From the NCBI GenBank assembly GCA_030704615.1, contig CM060732.1, forward strand, positions 77,624,001 to 77,688,000: a stretch of DNA of 64,000 nt. Direction: 5' to 3'. Of the stretch, positions 11,241 through 25,440 are shown piece by piece. Both the position numbers and the translations under genes were made by a program. Source of the DNA: Takakia lepidozioides. Its lineage: Eukaryota; Plantae; Bryophyta. Position 1 is the stretch's first letter. Each line of letters begins with the position of its first letter. The notes beneath the pieces are model-generated. The model made no database searches. It worked only from the letters and a program-made list of their open reading frames with translations, and was not told the origin of the DNA.

Positions 11241-14200
11241 GACTGGGCATCTGCAAGTTATAGATTTTGATCAATGTGGGTAGCATGTCTATTAGTGGGA
11301 CTGTTCGGCTCGCATCATTTGAAGAATCTTGAGTGTGAATAAAATGACAGTGTGGGTAGTAAGCAGGTAACAATTGCCAACACTCCCGTGAATAAGTTTG
11401 AGAGCTATGAAGTTTGAGAGCTTCAAAAGTAAACATGCAATGCAAACATGCCTCGTTCGACTTTGAAACGGGCTGCCATGAGTGCGAACATCCCACTAAA
11501 ATATAATAATGAGCCAACTCGCATTTCAATGCAATCCCACTAAAGTCTCACACTGGATAAAAACAAAGACAGTATAGAAACAATCCAAGTGGTCCGCACG
11601 TGCTGCCATATTAGCACCATGGAAACCCTTGAGCACTGCCTCATTTCCTATCAGGCTCCAACCCTCATACAACAAAGCATCCTGGAAGTTTAGATACTGC
11701 CCTACTTTTAGTACCCTATTAGGAGGTTGGATAGCGTGTGAGCATGCTCACGTGAGCACAAGCGAATATTAAGGATATTCCCTAGATGCCTTTCGAATAT
11801 TCTCCAGCGAAACTAAAAACTTTGCGAAACTTTTTTTTAACTGCTCGCATAGGCCCTCACAGCGTCACTTAAGAAACAAGTAACACCTATATACGATAAA
11901 CATGTTACCCTATAGGCGTGGGGTTTCCTCATGTTATGCGAACCGGATACCCTAGAAAACCCCAAAAAAACAAAAATCGTGGTTTTCAGTCCGGGTATCC
12001 GCAATTTAAGCCCTAGAAAAGTTATTTTCGCACTGAGAAAATAAATCTGAAGGTACTCATATGCACCGTGCCTGTTAACATGTAATTCCTACAGTTTGAA
12101 AATATTTAACCCCTATGACCGCGGGTTGTGCTCACGCCGTACTCACAAGATACCCCCACCCCCCTCCCCCCCATTAGCAACCTGCCATAGGCACTGAGTT
12201 TGGCTGGTTTGCTTTTCTCCCAAACCAAAACCCGCATACCCTCCTAGTTCTCATCTTGGAAGTTTTCATGCCCCCATTTGTCATTCCACTTTGCTGCAAA
12301 AGCCGTGTTCGTGTTCATGTTGAGGGCCCTGTATGCTTTCTTAGCAGAGTAAGTAAAGAACTGAGAGCGGACTCTTTCCAAGTTCCACTCCCATTCCCCT
12401 GGGTCATTTTGGCTCGATTGGCCCTCCTCCTATCCAAGCCAAAGTACTGGCTAGAATCCAAGGCAGGACTGGTTTATATAGGGGTGCGGCGGGTTGAATT
12501 AAGACAGTCATATAACATAACCAAATTATGCTTCCAGATTATTTGGAATTCAGTTCCAAACTAGAAACAAAAAACCCACAAACTATTTTGAAAAATAAAA
12601 TAAAGATAAAAGAATAGGCAGGGTTTGTTCAGCAACATGACTGAGCCACTTGGGCTCTCGTGTCAACGTGAGTTTGGTGGCTTGCACGTGTGGCTTTTGC
12701 TTGTGGTCGACATGAATGATGAGAAATGTAGTGCTTTGATGCGTGGCTAAGAGGGCGAGAGGTGTGCGTAAGAACTGGGATGGAGAACTGGGTCAGACAT
12801 TCAAGACAAAAGAGAGAACAGGGAATAAGAGATGGGTCCCGTGTGTCGATGCAGGGACAGAACCAGAGATGTTTAATTGAGGAGCGTGTACACAAGTACT
12901 GCAACACACAACTGCATGTGTCCTCCAAGTCTTTAACACCACCGTTGCGAGTAGGCACACTTGCGGATCAGTTGCTTGTCATAAGATTGTAGCCATGACA
13001 CATGAGGTTTCTGCTCGATGCATCCAGAAAATGCAACGCCTGGATTTGACATGATATACAAATTATCACGCACGTAGCGAGTACGCTTTCTATTGCGAGG
13101 AGTTTGCATCTGTTAAGTGCATTTGGTTGCAATAGTGGAGGTCCGAGACGCGAGTTCGTCTGAGTCAAAAGTAGTTACAGTACTTAAGAACTAAATCCAT
13201 GCCGTCTACAAAGACTAGGCAGTCACATGTGTGATTCAAGCTCGTCAAGTTCCTTTCTGCATCGGGACTCGGGAGCATCTCATGGACTTCAACAGATGCT
13301 TAAGATTAACGGATTTGTCATGGGTATTAATTCCTGATTGCAAGCAAGCAAATCACTTACAGCCAGATGACTGGGAAATGTCATCTTGGCCATCGAAGGT
13401 GAAGAACGGGTGTGTTTTACGCAACGCGCAGCTGTGATTGACAGGTGAATTAGCACACGTTCGCATTATGAATGATGGACGGGCTGACAACATTAGTGAA
13501 CAATTGGGAACAAAGTGACTTTTCTTCAGAAAAAGGGTGGGGGGGTGTGTGGCAGAAGAGGAGGCCAACGAGTCAGTCAAATGAAACAAAAACTTATCTC
13601 ATTTCTGTGAAGGTGGGAGGTCTGAATTGGGTGAAACGCAAGCTTTCTACTGCTCACCAGCTAAGGACCCAAGTCTGACTACATTTGTCCACAAGGTTTC
13701 GCCGAAGCAATGATGTGCAGTAAGTCCTCCACTTCATGCCTCTTAATAGCTACACATATGAGCCCCCCGGATCCTTTGGGCTTTGCATGAAGCCTACCCT
13801 CACAGTGCACATACTAAAATAAGAGTTAGCATCACTGTGCATACATTAATGCCATCATCATCTTCACCATTTTTGCAACCCTTTGCTGTTGTGAGCTGAA
13901 AGCAACTTGAAGAATGGAACATCTGCAGTTCCCTCTGAGAACTGGAAGCTGAATTCAAGGAGAATGTGAAATAGCCGTGAATGCAAAAAGAGATTCGATG
14001 ACCTCATGACACTCATCTCGTCCTAATTTGTCACAGCCTGATTGCAAACTAATAGCCTCACGGTCCTTGCTTGTTTGACTGCAAACGCATTTCAGTTGCA
14101 ATCACGTCAACAAAAAGCACGCACTGAGAGGTCGAGAAGAGAAGCTGGGCATAGCAAGCCTTCAATCGTTTGTCACTTTGTGACTTGATCTCATCTACTA

Positions 14201-17200
14201 ACACCAAAACTTTCTCGTCTTCACTGCTGAGATCTCTTGATTGGGCTACACATATACTGAAGGGCAGCGTGATTCCCTATAAATAGTGTACATGTGAATA
14301 TTAAAAGCCTGCTGAGTGGTATTGTTAAGAAAAGGTTGACTGGATTTGAATGCATTTTAAGAGATGGGTTTGATTACTCTGCACAATATGTTATTAGGGT
14401 TTAATTGGTGAATCAAAGTGATTTCTTAGTGATATTTATAATGTAGTTGAACAGTCCTTTTCTGAAGGGCACCTGTACCCTAGAAACAAACAAAGTCTTT
14501 GGTTTTATAAGCAAATCTCTGACCAACATCCGAGACTCTCACAGTGTCATAAAGCCCTCTATTTCCCTTCAAGTCACTGCAAATTCATTCAACTTCAGTG
14601 AGCAAGCCTGCTTGACTTGCATGCCCAAGTTTTCAACAAGAACTGAATGCTTCTCCCCTCAACAATTTTGTACACTCACATTCATTCATACAAACTCAAC
14701 ATCCTTCCTAAGTCTCCCATGAATGAAAGTGATATTCAACATCCGGTCCAAGAAAGCAACAACCGAACGGCTTGTAATTTCATTTTGCGCAATCCCTAGC
14801 CCCCCTCTTCGGATAAATAGACGACATGGTTAAAATGCGCATACTTTGTAGTACCGATTGGTAAGCAACTTCTGTCTGTAAAAGTGTTTTGCAAAGGGTG
14901 GGTATTTTGGCGGACGCCAGAAAGCTCAATTCACTTCTGCCAGTCTACTCACACGATAAGCCATGAAAGCTGTGACCACATTGTCAAACATGGCACCAAC
15001 AGAAACAGAGAAGCATGAGTGAGAGAGGAGTGGAGACTGGAGACCTGACAAGTTTGGTGGCGAAGAAAACCAGCCCAAAAGTTTGAGTTTGTCTTGTTCT
15101 TCCTTTTCCCACCATCAACCCACTTTATCATTTATCATCTTCCTTGTCTTGCTCACTGCCCACTAGCAGTCATCATTCCTTTGTGAAACATGAGGACACC
15201 CTCCTCTTTTCGTTCCGAATACCACCAAACCTCCGCTTTTTTGCGAACCTATTTGTTCCCGAGCCTTCCATGATTCTCCGGAAAAAAATTCACTAGCATA
15301 ATTCTCAATGAATTTGTTTTCACGCCGATGACGACAATACAATCTGACCGTGCCATTTCCGTTCACTTTGTAGTGAGGACGTATTTAGGGCTTTTCAAGT
15401 GGGAGTGTACAACAAGGGAGTGTCGACAAAGCAGCGAGTAAAGAGCCTGGCCGCACACTGACACCCACACAAAACAAATTTCTGCTTTTTGAAAGAAAGT
15501 GAGAAAGTGTGTGCCCTATTTTTGGGTGTACTCTGCACAATCATATTTAATGTGTCCGTACATTTCGTCCAGAAAATCTCTGGAAGTATTGATTTTTCAG
15601 GGATTTGCTTAGGATTTTATCAGGATTTCTAGGGTTTTTTATAGTTATTACTTGGCAATGCGGCGCTCCACGTTGAGATATTTCTAGTCGTTGGATCTAC
15701 CTGTTAGATGATCTGAGCCGCTAAGCTGTAAAGTGGAAGAGATTGCATAAAAGAGTCAGCAGTAGATCTGGCCCGTCGCAGATTCATTCTCGTTCGTCCA
15801 TCTATTCATTCGTCCATGCATCATCCAACTTCATCAGTTAGAACTTAAAAACGTCGTTGCCAGTAAATACAAATCATAGTAAATCATAGGATGGAGAGAA
15901 ATAATATCTATGTATATATCTACTTATATAAATAGCAATAAAAAATATGTAGAGTAGTCGACTAGTAGAGCAAAAACCAAAGAAGACGATAACAGAAAAA
16001 TAAAATAAAAATATTTTATGTAAATAAAACAAAAATAAAATAAGCGAGAGTGAGGCGTGGGCCCAACGGAAGAGAAACGCCGGTGTCGTTAACTGCGACC
16101 GTTAAACTGGAGGCCCCGACGGCGGCAGCTGCGCCCGACCGGCGGGGCCCAGCGGCTCGCCGGCGCTTTAGCCGACCGGCTCAGCTTTTGCCGCCGAGCA
16201 AGGGCCCACCGGCCGGCACAGGATTCTCGGCCGGGTACCCCCCGGCATGTCACGCTGTCCACGCACAGGTGCCAGCTGGCCGGGCCTGGCTATTGACTGC
16301 TGCACGAGGTTTCGCCAGCGAGATTTCGTCAGGGGTGACGGAGACGACGGACGGCGTCCGTGGGCCTCCGTCCGTCGACGGCAGGCAGAGTGGCAGAGGG
16401 TGGAAGGCTGGCAAGCTTTGGCTGTTGTGATGTGTAAGTAGAGCTGGAGGGCAGTTGGTGAGGTTTGTTTTGTTTGGATCTGTGCGACCTTCAATTGCAA
16501 GCAATCTGTGCAGGAGGCAAGAGGTTTGCAGGGAAAAGATGGTACCTCTTCAGAGGTTTCTGACGAGTACGGGAGTTGACAACACAATCTGCTGTCTCGG
16601 ACTGCTTCTGACTCTCGAGTGCAAGAGTGAAACGCCGGAAGGTTTTTCGTTGTGTAATTCAGTAGATTTGAGTGGTGGCGATTAGCGTGCCGGATTAGAG
16701 GTTCAGCAATTGATCTCGACTTACCTGAGAGCAAGTAACCCCCAGACAAAACGGAAATCTTCGGAAGAAAGCCTATTCGTGGACCTGAATGATGGCAGGG
16801 TTCGACCATACTCTTTATAGGACTGTATCTGTCTTCTCCGAAAGTACAGGACACATTTCACTGTCAGTAGCTTTATCGAATTGCAGATGTATAAGCGGGC
16901 GAAAGAGAGGGAGTACCATTTAGCTCCATCCGATGATCCGACAGTCGAACGATGAGCAGAAAGAGGAACTCGACCGCTGAATGAATTCCTCTGCTACCAT
17001 TAGTCGCCTGGCTGGTTCAACGTGCCTGTGCTGCTTATGACGGATCCAGCATCCTTGTCCCAAAAGATCGGCCAGTACTTTCTCAGGATCCGAAATTTGC
17101 GAAGTTTCCAGACCCAGGCAAGCAACTGGCTGACTCCAGGAAGCGCATGGGCACATGCAACAACCAGCCCCTTGAGTTGTACTCATTACGTACCCATGGA

Positions 17201-19321
17201 TTGGTACCCGGTTTGAACCTGGTAAGAAACTTTGGAAGAGATGAAGGAAGGGAAGGGGATGAGTTGAATGGACAGCACAACCACCTGAGGAAGGATTTGC
17301 CTAGGGGGTTGGGATGAAATTAATCTGTACAACAATTGACTCTGGTATTCCTGCGACTTCCAACAGAGCAGCAAAACCTAGTTATCAGTAGGACACATTC
17401 TCACCCAGCATTTATGCCCAAGGAGTTCTAACCTTTGGGCAGAGCCTTCCCAAACTGCAGGGGAAAAGGTGCAGTGACAATCTTTATCATGCTGTCGAAG
17501 AGAACTTCTTGAAAGACACCATGCAATGCATACACAATGTTTCAACCCTCACGACCATCCCCGCAATCAGACATGCGGGATCCCTTAATACCTGCTCTGC
17601 CCAGTGTGGGAGGTCAGTCCTCTTGGGCCCCATTTGTGATACTAAGCTGTGACAAACCTTACAGGAGACTTTGAGGTGGGTCTTCCGCCCATTCACTTCT
17701 AAGCAGCATTTTCTGGTGGCTGTCATAAAATTGAAGTATTGGTCTTGATTCCACTGACTTCTTTTGAAAATCAGAACTGGGACCTACCATCTTAATTCCT
17801 TGATAGAGGGGAAGAGATAGGGAGAACTCAATGTTTGAACGAATTCAGAACCAAGCTATGATACTTCTCTTACCAAACTGGCCCTACAAAACTGCAATTA
17901 CCACAAAGCAAGGTTTTCAGCAGTGTCCCTGTTCTTGGTTTTCTTAAATCAAGCCCTCCCAGTCTTTTGACAAGATCCTGCCCTAGCAGTGAGGCCTTGT
18001 CAGGAATACGTTGGTTGAAGAGCAGTGACCATTGCAAGATAAAAGCCAAGCTGCTTAGGGAACCAACATTGTGAAAAACTCTGCTTTTTGTTCCAACTTT
18101 GTGAGATTGTGGGCCACATATAGCAAGAAACCTTGAGTTCGGAAGGTAAGCCACTGAAAGAAGATCAGGTTTTCTCCAGCTCGGAGCAATCAATGTGACT
18201 ACACTTGCCTGCTTGCACCCACACCAAACCATCAGCACGGTCAAACATCCATTATAGAGTATACCAACTCCACTGTCTATCTAGCGTCTCACTCCTGTCC
18301 CACTCCACATCTCCGCTGTGTCTCACGGAACAGAAATTGTGGGAGGCAGAGCGACAAACATACAGATGCACACACACACACAAATAGGCAGACCTGTCTG
18401 TGAAGTTGAAAGATATTGGAGTCAAGAGCTGTGTCCTCAGCTCAAGCCAGTACATCTGCAGGAAACCTGGTGCCCAGATTCAGATTAGTGCATCACAGTG
18501 TCAAGAAATCCTTCAACTTCAGCTTTGGCTCTTTAACTTTCGTTGATTTTTTCGTAGGGTGATTAACGTCAAGTGAGGTCTCTACTTCAAAGCGAGTAAA
18601 TCCAAATGCCCGAAGCAAGAACAACGAGAGCATTTGAGGTTGGCCAAAGCGCAGAGGTGGAACAATACATTTTGCTGACTATGCCCAAGGGTGAGAGGTT
18701 CAATAAGTAGGATATACAAAAGATTCCCCTTCTGAATAAGAATGTCTGATGACTGCATTCTGAATACGAGTGACAGATATCGACAAAGGTGAAATGAATC
18801 ATCTCTCTTGACACTCGTGACTGTCTTGACACCTTCATTGCTAATTCCGTTTCCAACCCCTCTTCATCAATTTAAGGTGCAGACTCTGACATCAAGCTCT
18901 GGAAATGGAAAGCAAATCAAACTTGGACATCTTGTGTACCAGCTTTGACAGATTCGGTTTGGTGGTTGCAAAAGTTATTCGACTTACAAAGAGATCTAAT
19001 GGCTACAGGAGACTCATTGGGAAATCATAATTTCAATCTCTTTCATCATATGCTTGTATTCAACCCTATTTGCAAATAATGCAGTACACTTGAGATCACA
19101 GGCTTGATCTGTACGCCATTAACACAGGTCATAACATTCCCCCTAGCTTGGGCCCTAAAGAAAAACTGTACGAAGTATCTCCAGAGAATTGTCCTGTTCT
19201 AAAAGTTCATGTGACACCCATCGTTTGTCGGAAATATTTAGCAGTATGCCTTTTCTCACTCTTCCCCCCTGGCTGTTTGCTTCCTTTACAGGGTACATAC
19301 CTGCTATAAACTGCAGTGCAT

Positions 19322-21026
19322 TCATGGTAAAGTTGGCAGTTCAACAGCATCGAAGGAGAATATGGTGACATGACCACATTCTACTGATGCAAATTTCACT
19401 GGTCTGCCTACACAGGCATGCTCCAGGGCTCGTACTTCCACACGATCGGGTGGACAATTACTGCAAACACCACCACACAACTGTCATTCATTTAAGCTTT
19501 GAAGGAAGAGTCCGGCGAATTAAAATAGGGCGCCACTTGTTGAGGCCATGTTTCCTGTACAGGAGAAAGGGGGAAGAAGGTAGGAATGCTACGAAAGAGA
19601 CCTTCATTGGAGGTTTGATCTACTTGCGAAGAAGAGAAGGAGATACCTTGTGACACATAAGCAGAAATCTGGCTCCCCTGGGCTTGTCTTTTTGAATCCG
19701 CCATTGGGGCGATGCACGTCAAACATCACCCTCATGTCTTGATCATTGTCCCTTGCATGTGGGTTGTAACCATTCCGAGACTGTGGCCCATGTCCATTTT
19801 GCATGGATATTGTTGGGGAAACTTGCAGAAGTAACTGCTCCCCTGAGGCAGAAAAGGCCCCTACATCACCTGCAAAAGCCACCAAATCTTCGCCATGAGC
19901 ACATTGTGAAACTTGGAGCAATTGGATCTCCAGAATTAGGTCGAAGGTTGACCCTGCCAATTGGGACTCTTGCTCACCTCTTCCATTGTCGTCTTGCAAG
20001 CTAGGTTGCCTGCCACCTGCTGCACTGTCAAACTCGAAATTCGTCAGCCTCATTGAATCTTGACATGTTTCGTCACATGAATTGTCCCCCAACTGCGGAA
20101 TCTCAATGAGATTTGTTTCCCCCAACCTGCCCTCCAAGTCCTGTAAATCTGATATCTCAAGACTTGCCGCTACTGGTACACGATTCTTGGAAGAAACTGT
20201 CCAGGGAACATTATGGCGGCCCACAATGTATCCAAGTTTCTTCAAGTAGGAGTAGGCCTGGTAGGCAGCCCAGGAGCAGCCGTATGCATTAGATGCAAGA
20301 AGGCTGTAGGTGTCAAGCAAAGACATCACCTCTCTTTGCTCTCCTTCCCGCATGATGAGGCTCCCTTGCTCTACCATGAACCTGTCCAAGGCAGATGGAA
20401 TTCGTCCAATTATGTTTAGAACGTCCAAGTAGGCTTGTGCAGGACGGACAGTAAAATCATTCGGTGAGACGTAGGAAGAAAGGTATACCGCCGAATGTCA
20501 CCTCACGCTGTCGGGTTGGGAGGGATGGTGAAGGAAAACCTGATGCGCTGAAGGTGTGGGGAAATGCACATCAACTTGGGAAAGCAAAAAGAGAGGAAAG
20601 GGAACTCACGCCGCCTCCTCGACGTGGGCAAGAAGAAGGCTGCTCCGCATGACCCCTGTAGTGTTCCACAACTTCCCCTTCCTCACCACCACCTCTGCCA
20701 TCCCTTTCTCTGCGTCCCACTGTGCCTCAGACACATGCTTCCTACACATCAACAGAACATGGTTGAGATTCTCGATACAGTTCCACGCCAGGCTGCCAGC
20801 ATATCGTAGGAAAATCATACTGCCACGCCATCCCAACCCACATGACACGCAAGCAAATACAATTGCAACATAACACGAACGATGTCCGCCCCCAGCTCTC
20901 TCACAATCCGTACCGAAATGGCAATCGAGCAGAAGAGACGCCATCGTAGTAGAGCGATTCTTCCAATCCATCGTCGTCTGAGAACTCGCTCTTGTCTCTC
21001 TCACTCCCGCTACTCTCACTACCCAT
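19322..21026 (-). CDS. SEN54: tRNA-splicing endonuclease subunit Sen54
   Basis: Exons 21026-20914, 20741-20610, 20381-19647 and 19460-19322 are phase-consistent. Motifs: SEAQWDAEKGMAEVVVRKGKLW..HVEEAAFMVEQG, YQAYSYLKKLGYIVGRH, FKKTSPGEPDF, and C-terminal PVKFASVECGHVTIFSFDAVELPTLP*. Confidence 0.88.
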
Positions 21027-22053
21027 CTTTAAAATCAGCAAAACTCTGCCTGAAATCAGACTGCCATCAGCTGGCACAGAAAGAGGTGGAGATAGCAAGA
21101 CAACGCAAAGGGGTAAAGGCAAATCAATCGTGTGCAGTTTTGTATAGAGCGCTATCATCCACATATTTGCAGATTCTAATAGTCTTTAAGGTTTTCTTTC
21201 CTTTCCATTCCACTCCAACGAGTCTAAGAATAACTTGGCCATGTTTTGCATGTCTGACTTGGTAGCATCTTTTTCCATGTTGAACATTTGTCTGTGATCT
21301 TTGCAAATCTCTGCATCCCTGAGCTCTTGAAATCTTTGACAGAATTGGTTTACTACTACACATAGAAGTTGTCGCATGTTGAGGGAGAGGACTGAGATGG
21401 AGTCCCAAATGCAGCTCAAGCACAAGGACGAGAACTCTGGAGAAACAAGAAATGGTTTGCTGTCTATAGTGGATATGATATCTTGTTACCAATTCATGCT
21501 ACCAATTGTGAGTTTCTCTGGAGATTGTGTGAAGTGTGAACAACTCGAAATCGCCTGGAGTGCGGGTGCACGCCGTGAGAAGAGAGTAATGAAGAAAATT
21601 GAAGGAGCCCTCATGGAAACAAGACAACAGGCTTGTCAGAGGAGATGTGGAAGAAAATGCTGGAAGACTCTAGAGGGGTTAGTATCCAACATGCAGTGAG
21701 TGTCTCTTCTACTCCAAAGTACTTCCTATTACAACCACCAAAAAACATGATGTTATTGTGCCTTTTCCCCTGATGCAAGTTGGAGTAGAAGCCTCAGCTT
21801 GTTACTGGTACTTTACTGGGATGCACCTCATGACCCTGGAGTAATGCAAGTCTGCAGAGACTTTGCTCCACGGGGCCCCTGACAGCGCTTTTGCTCCCAC
21901 TTACAACGTCAAAATACTAGTGCACCTCTACAATAGAGCCCTGCAACACTATTAGACAGATAAACTGGGGAATGAAGCCAGTGATGTCTACCTCTCCCTC
22001 CCTATCCTCCTTCCATTCCCTTGGTCTCATAGCACCAGTATGATGCCTACCAT

Positions 22054-22513
22054 GCAGGTAGCGTACCTTTGAACAGCAAACAGAAAGGAGAGAGGAAAGC
22101 GGGATTGCAAATGCCCGTTGTGTGGGCAACCTGAAGACCATATTCACTTCCTGATTCATTGTCCTGGGTACTCTCACCAGAGAGATTTGAAGAGAGACAC
22201 ATTGAAGGAGACATCCTCATGGAATCGACACTCTACCTCTGTTTACCAACTTTGAAAGTCTCAAGGCTGACCCGAAAGCCCAGGCTCTTTTGGGGCCTAG
22301 TTATTGGGCAAACCACACACAGCAGATTGATGCTTGTGTAAAGGGATTTCTAGAGGATATCTGGAAAACTCAGATCAATTGTCTGTTCCAAGGTAAGTCC
22401 TACTACAGGTGTCAGCCCCTGACAAAGGTAGTTTCTGTCCCTTTGTGTTCCGCTCAAACTGAGCGTGGGGTCAATGGCCACAAGGCTACGGCAAACAATG
22501 TCTTATGAGTACA
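22054..22513 (+). mobile_element. 5'-truncated copy of the LINE at 27367-32223
   Basis: Aligns to about 31776-32222 and ends in the same GGCCACAAGGCTACGGCAAACAATGTCTTATGAGTACA terminus. Confidence 0.9.
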
Positions 22514-23221
22514 TTCTACAGCACCACTGTGATTAGAGTAACTATCACTTAACCATGCACTAGACTGCACATTCTGTGGAAAGTGATTGCTAGGATATTA
22601 TTGTAGTAATCACTAGGGGATAGTTGCCACACAATGAGGTGAGCTCATTTAGGTTCGTGAAGCCAAACATCTGGCTTGCATCAAACAAACAGGTGATAAG
22701 GGACCTGATCATTGTGGCATCATTCAAGTACTATGCTAGAATGCCCTAATATGCTCTTGTAATTACATGGACAACTGACTCTGCTTCACACAATACACAA
22801 GGCTGCTGGAGATGGAGCAGTCAATGGAAGACATAAAAGCTTTTATTAGAACATAGGAGGAAGAAAGGGATGGCACCTATTGCTACTCATCTGATGCAGA
22901 TAGCAAATCCAAAATCTTATTGTAAATGTGTATCCATGGTTGTGTTAAAACTCTTCCTTGAAACTTGTTCACCGGTTTGGCCACAGTGATGCTAGAATGA
23001 CATTCACACCGATAAGGACAACGCGAACTTGCAAAGACTTTTGTTTACTGAAACGACCATAATTTAATGAACACCAGCGAAGCAACAAAGGGATCATCAC
23101 ATCAATTGCTACATCCCTGGTAGGATCATAAAAACCTAAAAGCTTTGTTTTTTCTTTTTTATCTTACAAAGCAAAGTAGATCCGCTTGATGCCCCCTCCT
23201 ATGAGTCTTGTATGGCATACC

Positions 23222-23638
23222 CTAAGACCTAACATACGTCAGCTTTATCGATTTGTTGTACCTCTGTACTGTTGCCAATATAGAGCGGAGAAGTATGGGC
23301 CGCATGAATGTTTCCACAAAACCCTTGGGGAATTTGTGATAGCCTCCTAAGAAAGTCCAATGCCATCCAGTACTCAGGGTGCACGCAAAACGAACAACGC
23401 TAGAGGTAGGTAAATGCTGCAACACTCTCTCCTTCAGCTCTAGTGGTAATTGACTCCACAGACCTTGAAATTCTTCTTCCGTGCTCTGCTCCTGCAGCGG
23501 GTGCATGCCACCAACACAATCCATCGGATCATCGTCTTGATTTGACAAACAAATTCTTGACATTTCGTCCGCAATGGCACGGCCACGGTGCCTCTTGCGA
23601 GCTCTAACCGAAGGTAGAACCTTCACTCTCTTCTTCAT
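23222..23638 (-). pseudogene. F-box protein fragment
   Basis: F-box motif LWSQLPLELKERVLQHLPTSSVVRF. No recognisable C-terminal substrate-binding domain follows. Confidence 0.55.
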
Positions 23639-24586
23639 GCTGCGAAAACACAAACAGACTTACCGAAATGAACAAGAAGTACTACGACACCTACCGCACA
23701 GAAAACCCGGAGCATCATTGCCAGAGGAACACAATTTCACGCAAAGCCTTCTTATTTGGTTTGGATCACTCAAGCCACAACTTCCACGAAACGAACAGGG
23801 AGCCCTACCCCATACAAATATTCATCAACCGATGTAAAACGGAAATTCCCGTAAACACAGACACAAAAATTCTCGAAATTATCACAGCAAACAAGAGAGA
23901 CACAGAGAAAGAGAGACGCCTTACTCGACAGAAAGCTGTAAAACCTCAGCCGATGAATCATACAAGTTCGCAGCGCCAAAAAAACAGCAGCAACAGATCT
24001 CGCAAACAACATTCCGTTCAGAGATAATACAAGCAATTGACATGCAAAAAGCCCCAAAGAGCTAATCGCAGCACCCTCTTCTCCAAGAACGCTCTGCACA
24101 AGCCGAAACGAGCTAGCAAGCGCAGAGACCATGGAAGCTCGTCTCGGCCGCTCAGAAGCGCTTGCCACGTGCCCGTATCTCAACCGTTATGATCACATAT
24201 CGACGGTTAAAATTCCACGTCGAAAGAAAGAGAGAACACAAAGGAAAATACGCGTTTTTCCTGCAGTGTCTCGAGAAGCATCTCAACCGTAAATATTATA
24301 GTCTTCCAAAGGCTAAGATCTTGTATAATCTCAGTAATATCCGACGGCTAATGTTATTCGTAGTAAGTCCTTTTGAGTTTCACTCGTAATCTTTTCGCTA
24401 AAGAAAGTACTTTTGTTCCTCAGTCCAGATTGAGAGAAGTGGAAGAAAATATCTGCCCGTGTATAAAGCATATAACTATAGATCCTCATTGTTGATCAGC
24501 TCCGAGATTCGAGCTTCAGACCTCTCGTAGTGAAAGAGAGCCGCTCGATCACCGCAGACTTGTGTCCGAGACCGCGCGGTGACCGC

Positions 24587-24587
<1 letters not shown>

Positions 24588-24646
<59 letters not shown>

Positions 24647-24652
24647 AGAAGA
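24588..24652. repeat. Compound (GA)n/(GAAA)n microsatellite in the eEF1B 5' leader
   Basis: Directly visible. Confidence 0.9.
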
Positions 24653-24714
24653 GGGTGCCCCTCTTCCGCAGCCGCCACCGTGAGCTTTGAGCAGCCATGA
24701 CTGGATTGCTGGCG

Positions 24715-25440
24715 ATGGCGGTGAGCTTCGACGATCTGTCTACAGAGGGAGGGTTGAAGCAACTGGACCAGTATATGCTTACCCGCAGCTACATATCGGG
24801 GTTTCAAGCTTCACGGGATGATTTGAAGGTTTACAGCTCTCTGGCAGGGGCTCCAGGAGCGGAGTATCCTCATGTGGCTCGCTGGTACTCGCATATCAGC
24901 AATTTGCTGGGATCCAGGTTTCCTGGGGAAGGTGTGGGTGTGCATGTCGGAGGTGGGAGTGTGGCTAGCCGGGAGTTGCCGGCTGCGCCTGCAGCGAAAG
25001 CCCCGGTTCCTGTGGAGGAGAAGCCCAAGGCTGCAACAAATGGTGCTGCTGAGGAAGACGATGACGATGACTTGGATCTGTTTGGAGAAGAGACGGAGGA
25101 GGAGAAGGCGGCCGCAGCAGAGCGGGAGGCGGCCAAGGCGAAGAGTGGGAAGAAGAAGGTGATCGGGAAGTCGTCTGTGCTCATGGATGTTAAGCCGTGG
25201 GACGATGAGACAGACATGAAGAAGCTGGAGGAATATGTGCGTGCTGTCAGCATGCCTGGTCTTCTGTGGGGCGCTTCCAAACTTGTGGCTGTCGGCTATG
25301 GCATCAAGAAGTTGCAGATCATGATGACTATCGAGGACGACCTTGTCTCTCCGGATAACATTATCGAAGATTATCTCACAGTGGAGCCAGCCAGCGAATG
25401 TATTCAAAGTTGTGACATTGTGGCCTTCAACAAGATCTAG
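24715..25440 (+). CDS. EF1B: Translation elongation factor 1B beta/delta subunit (intronless CDS)
   Basis: MAVSFDDL..GLKQLDQYMLTRSYISG, acidic DDDDDLDLFGEETEEE, and GEF domain KSSVLMDVKPWDDETDM..GYGIKKLQI..QSCDIVAFNKI*. An alternative ATG is at 24697. Confidence 0.95.
   Translation: MAVSFDDLSTEGGLKQLDQYMLTRSYISGFQASRDDLKVYSSLAGAPGAEYPHVARWYSHISNLLGSRFPGEGVGVHVGGGSVASRELPAAPAAKAPVPVEEKPKAATNGAAEEDDDDDLDLFGEETEEEKAAAAEREAAKAKSGKKKVIGKSSVLMDVKPWDDETDMKKLEEYVRAVSMPGLLWGASKLVAVGYGIKKLQIMMTIEDDLVSPDNIIEDYLTVEPASECIQSCDIVAFNKI

Noticed and set aside
11721-12170. MITE defined by GTGAGCACAA / TTGTGCTCAC inverted motifs
   Set aside because: The outer termini and a TSD could not be defined.
16168-16854. 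228-aa minus-strand ORF
   Set aside because: Non-ATG start, no domain similarity, and it overlaps a GC-rich island where chance ORFs are expected.
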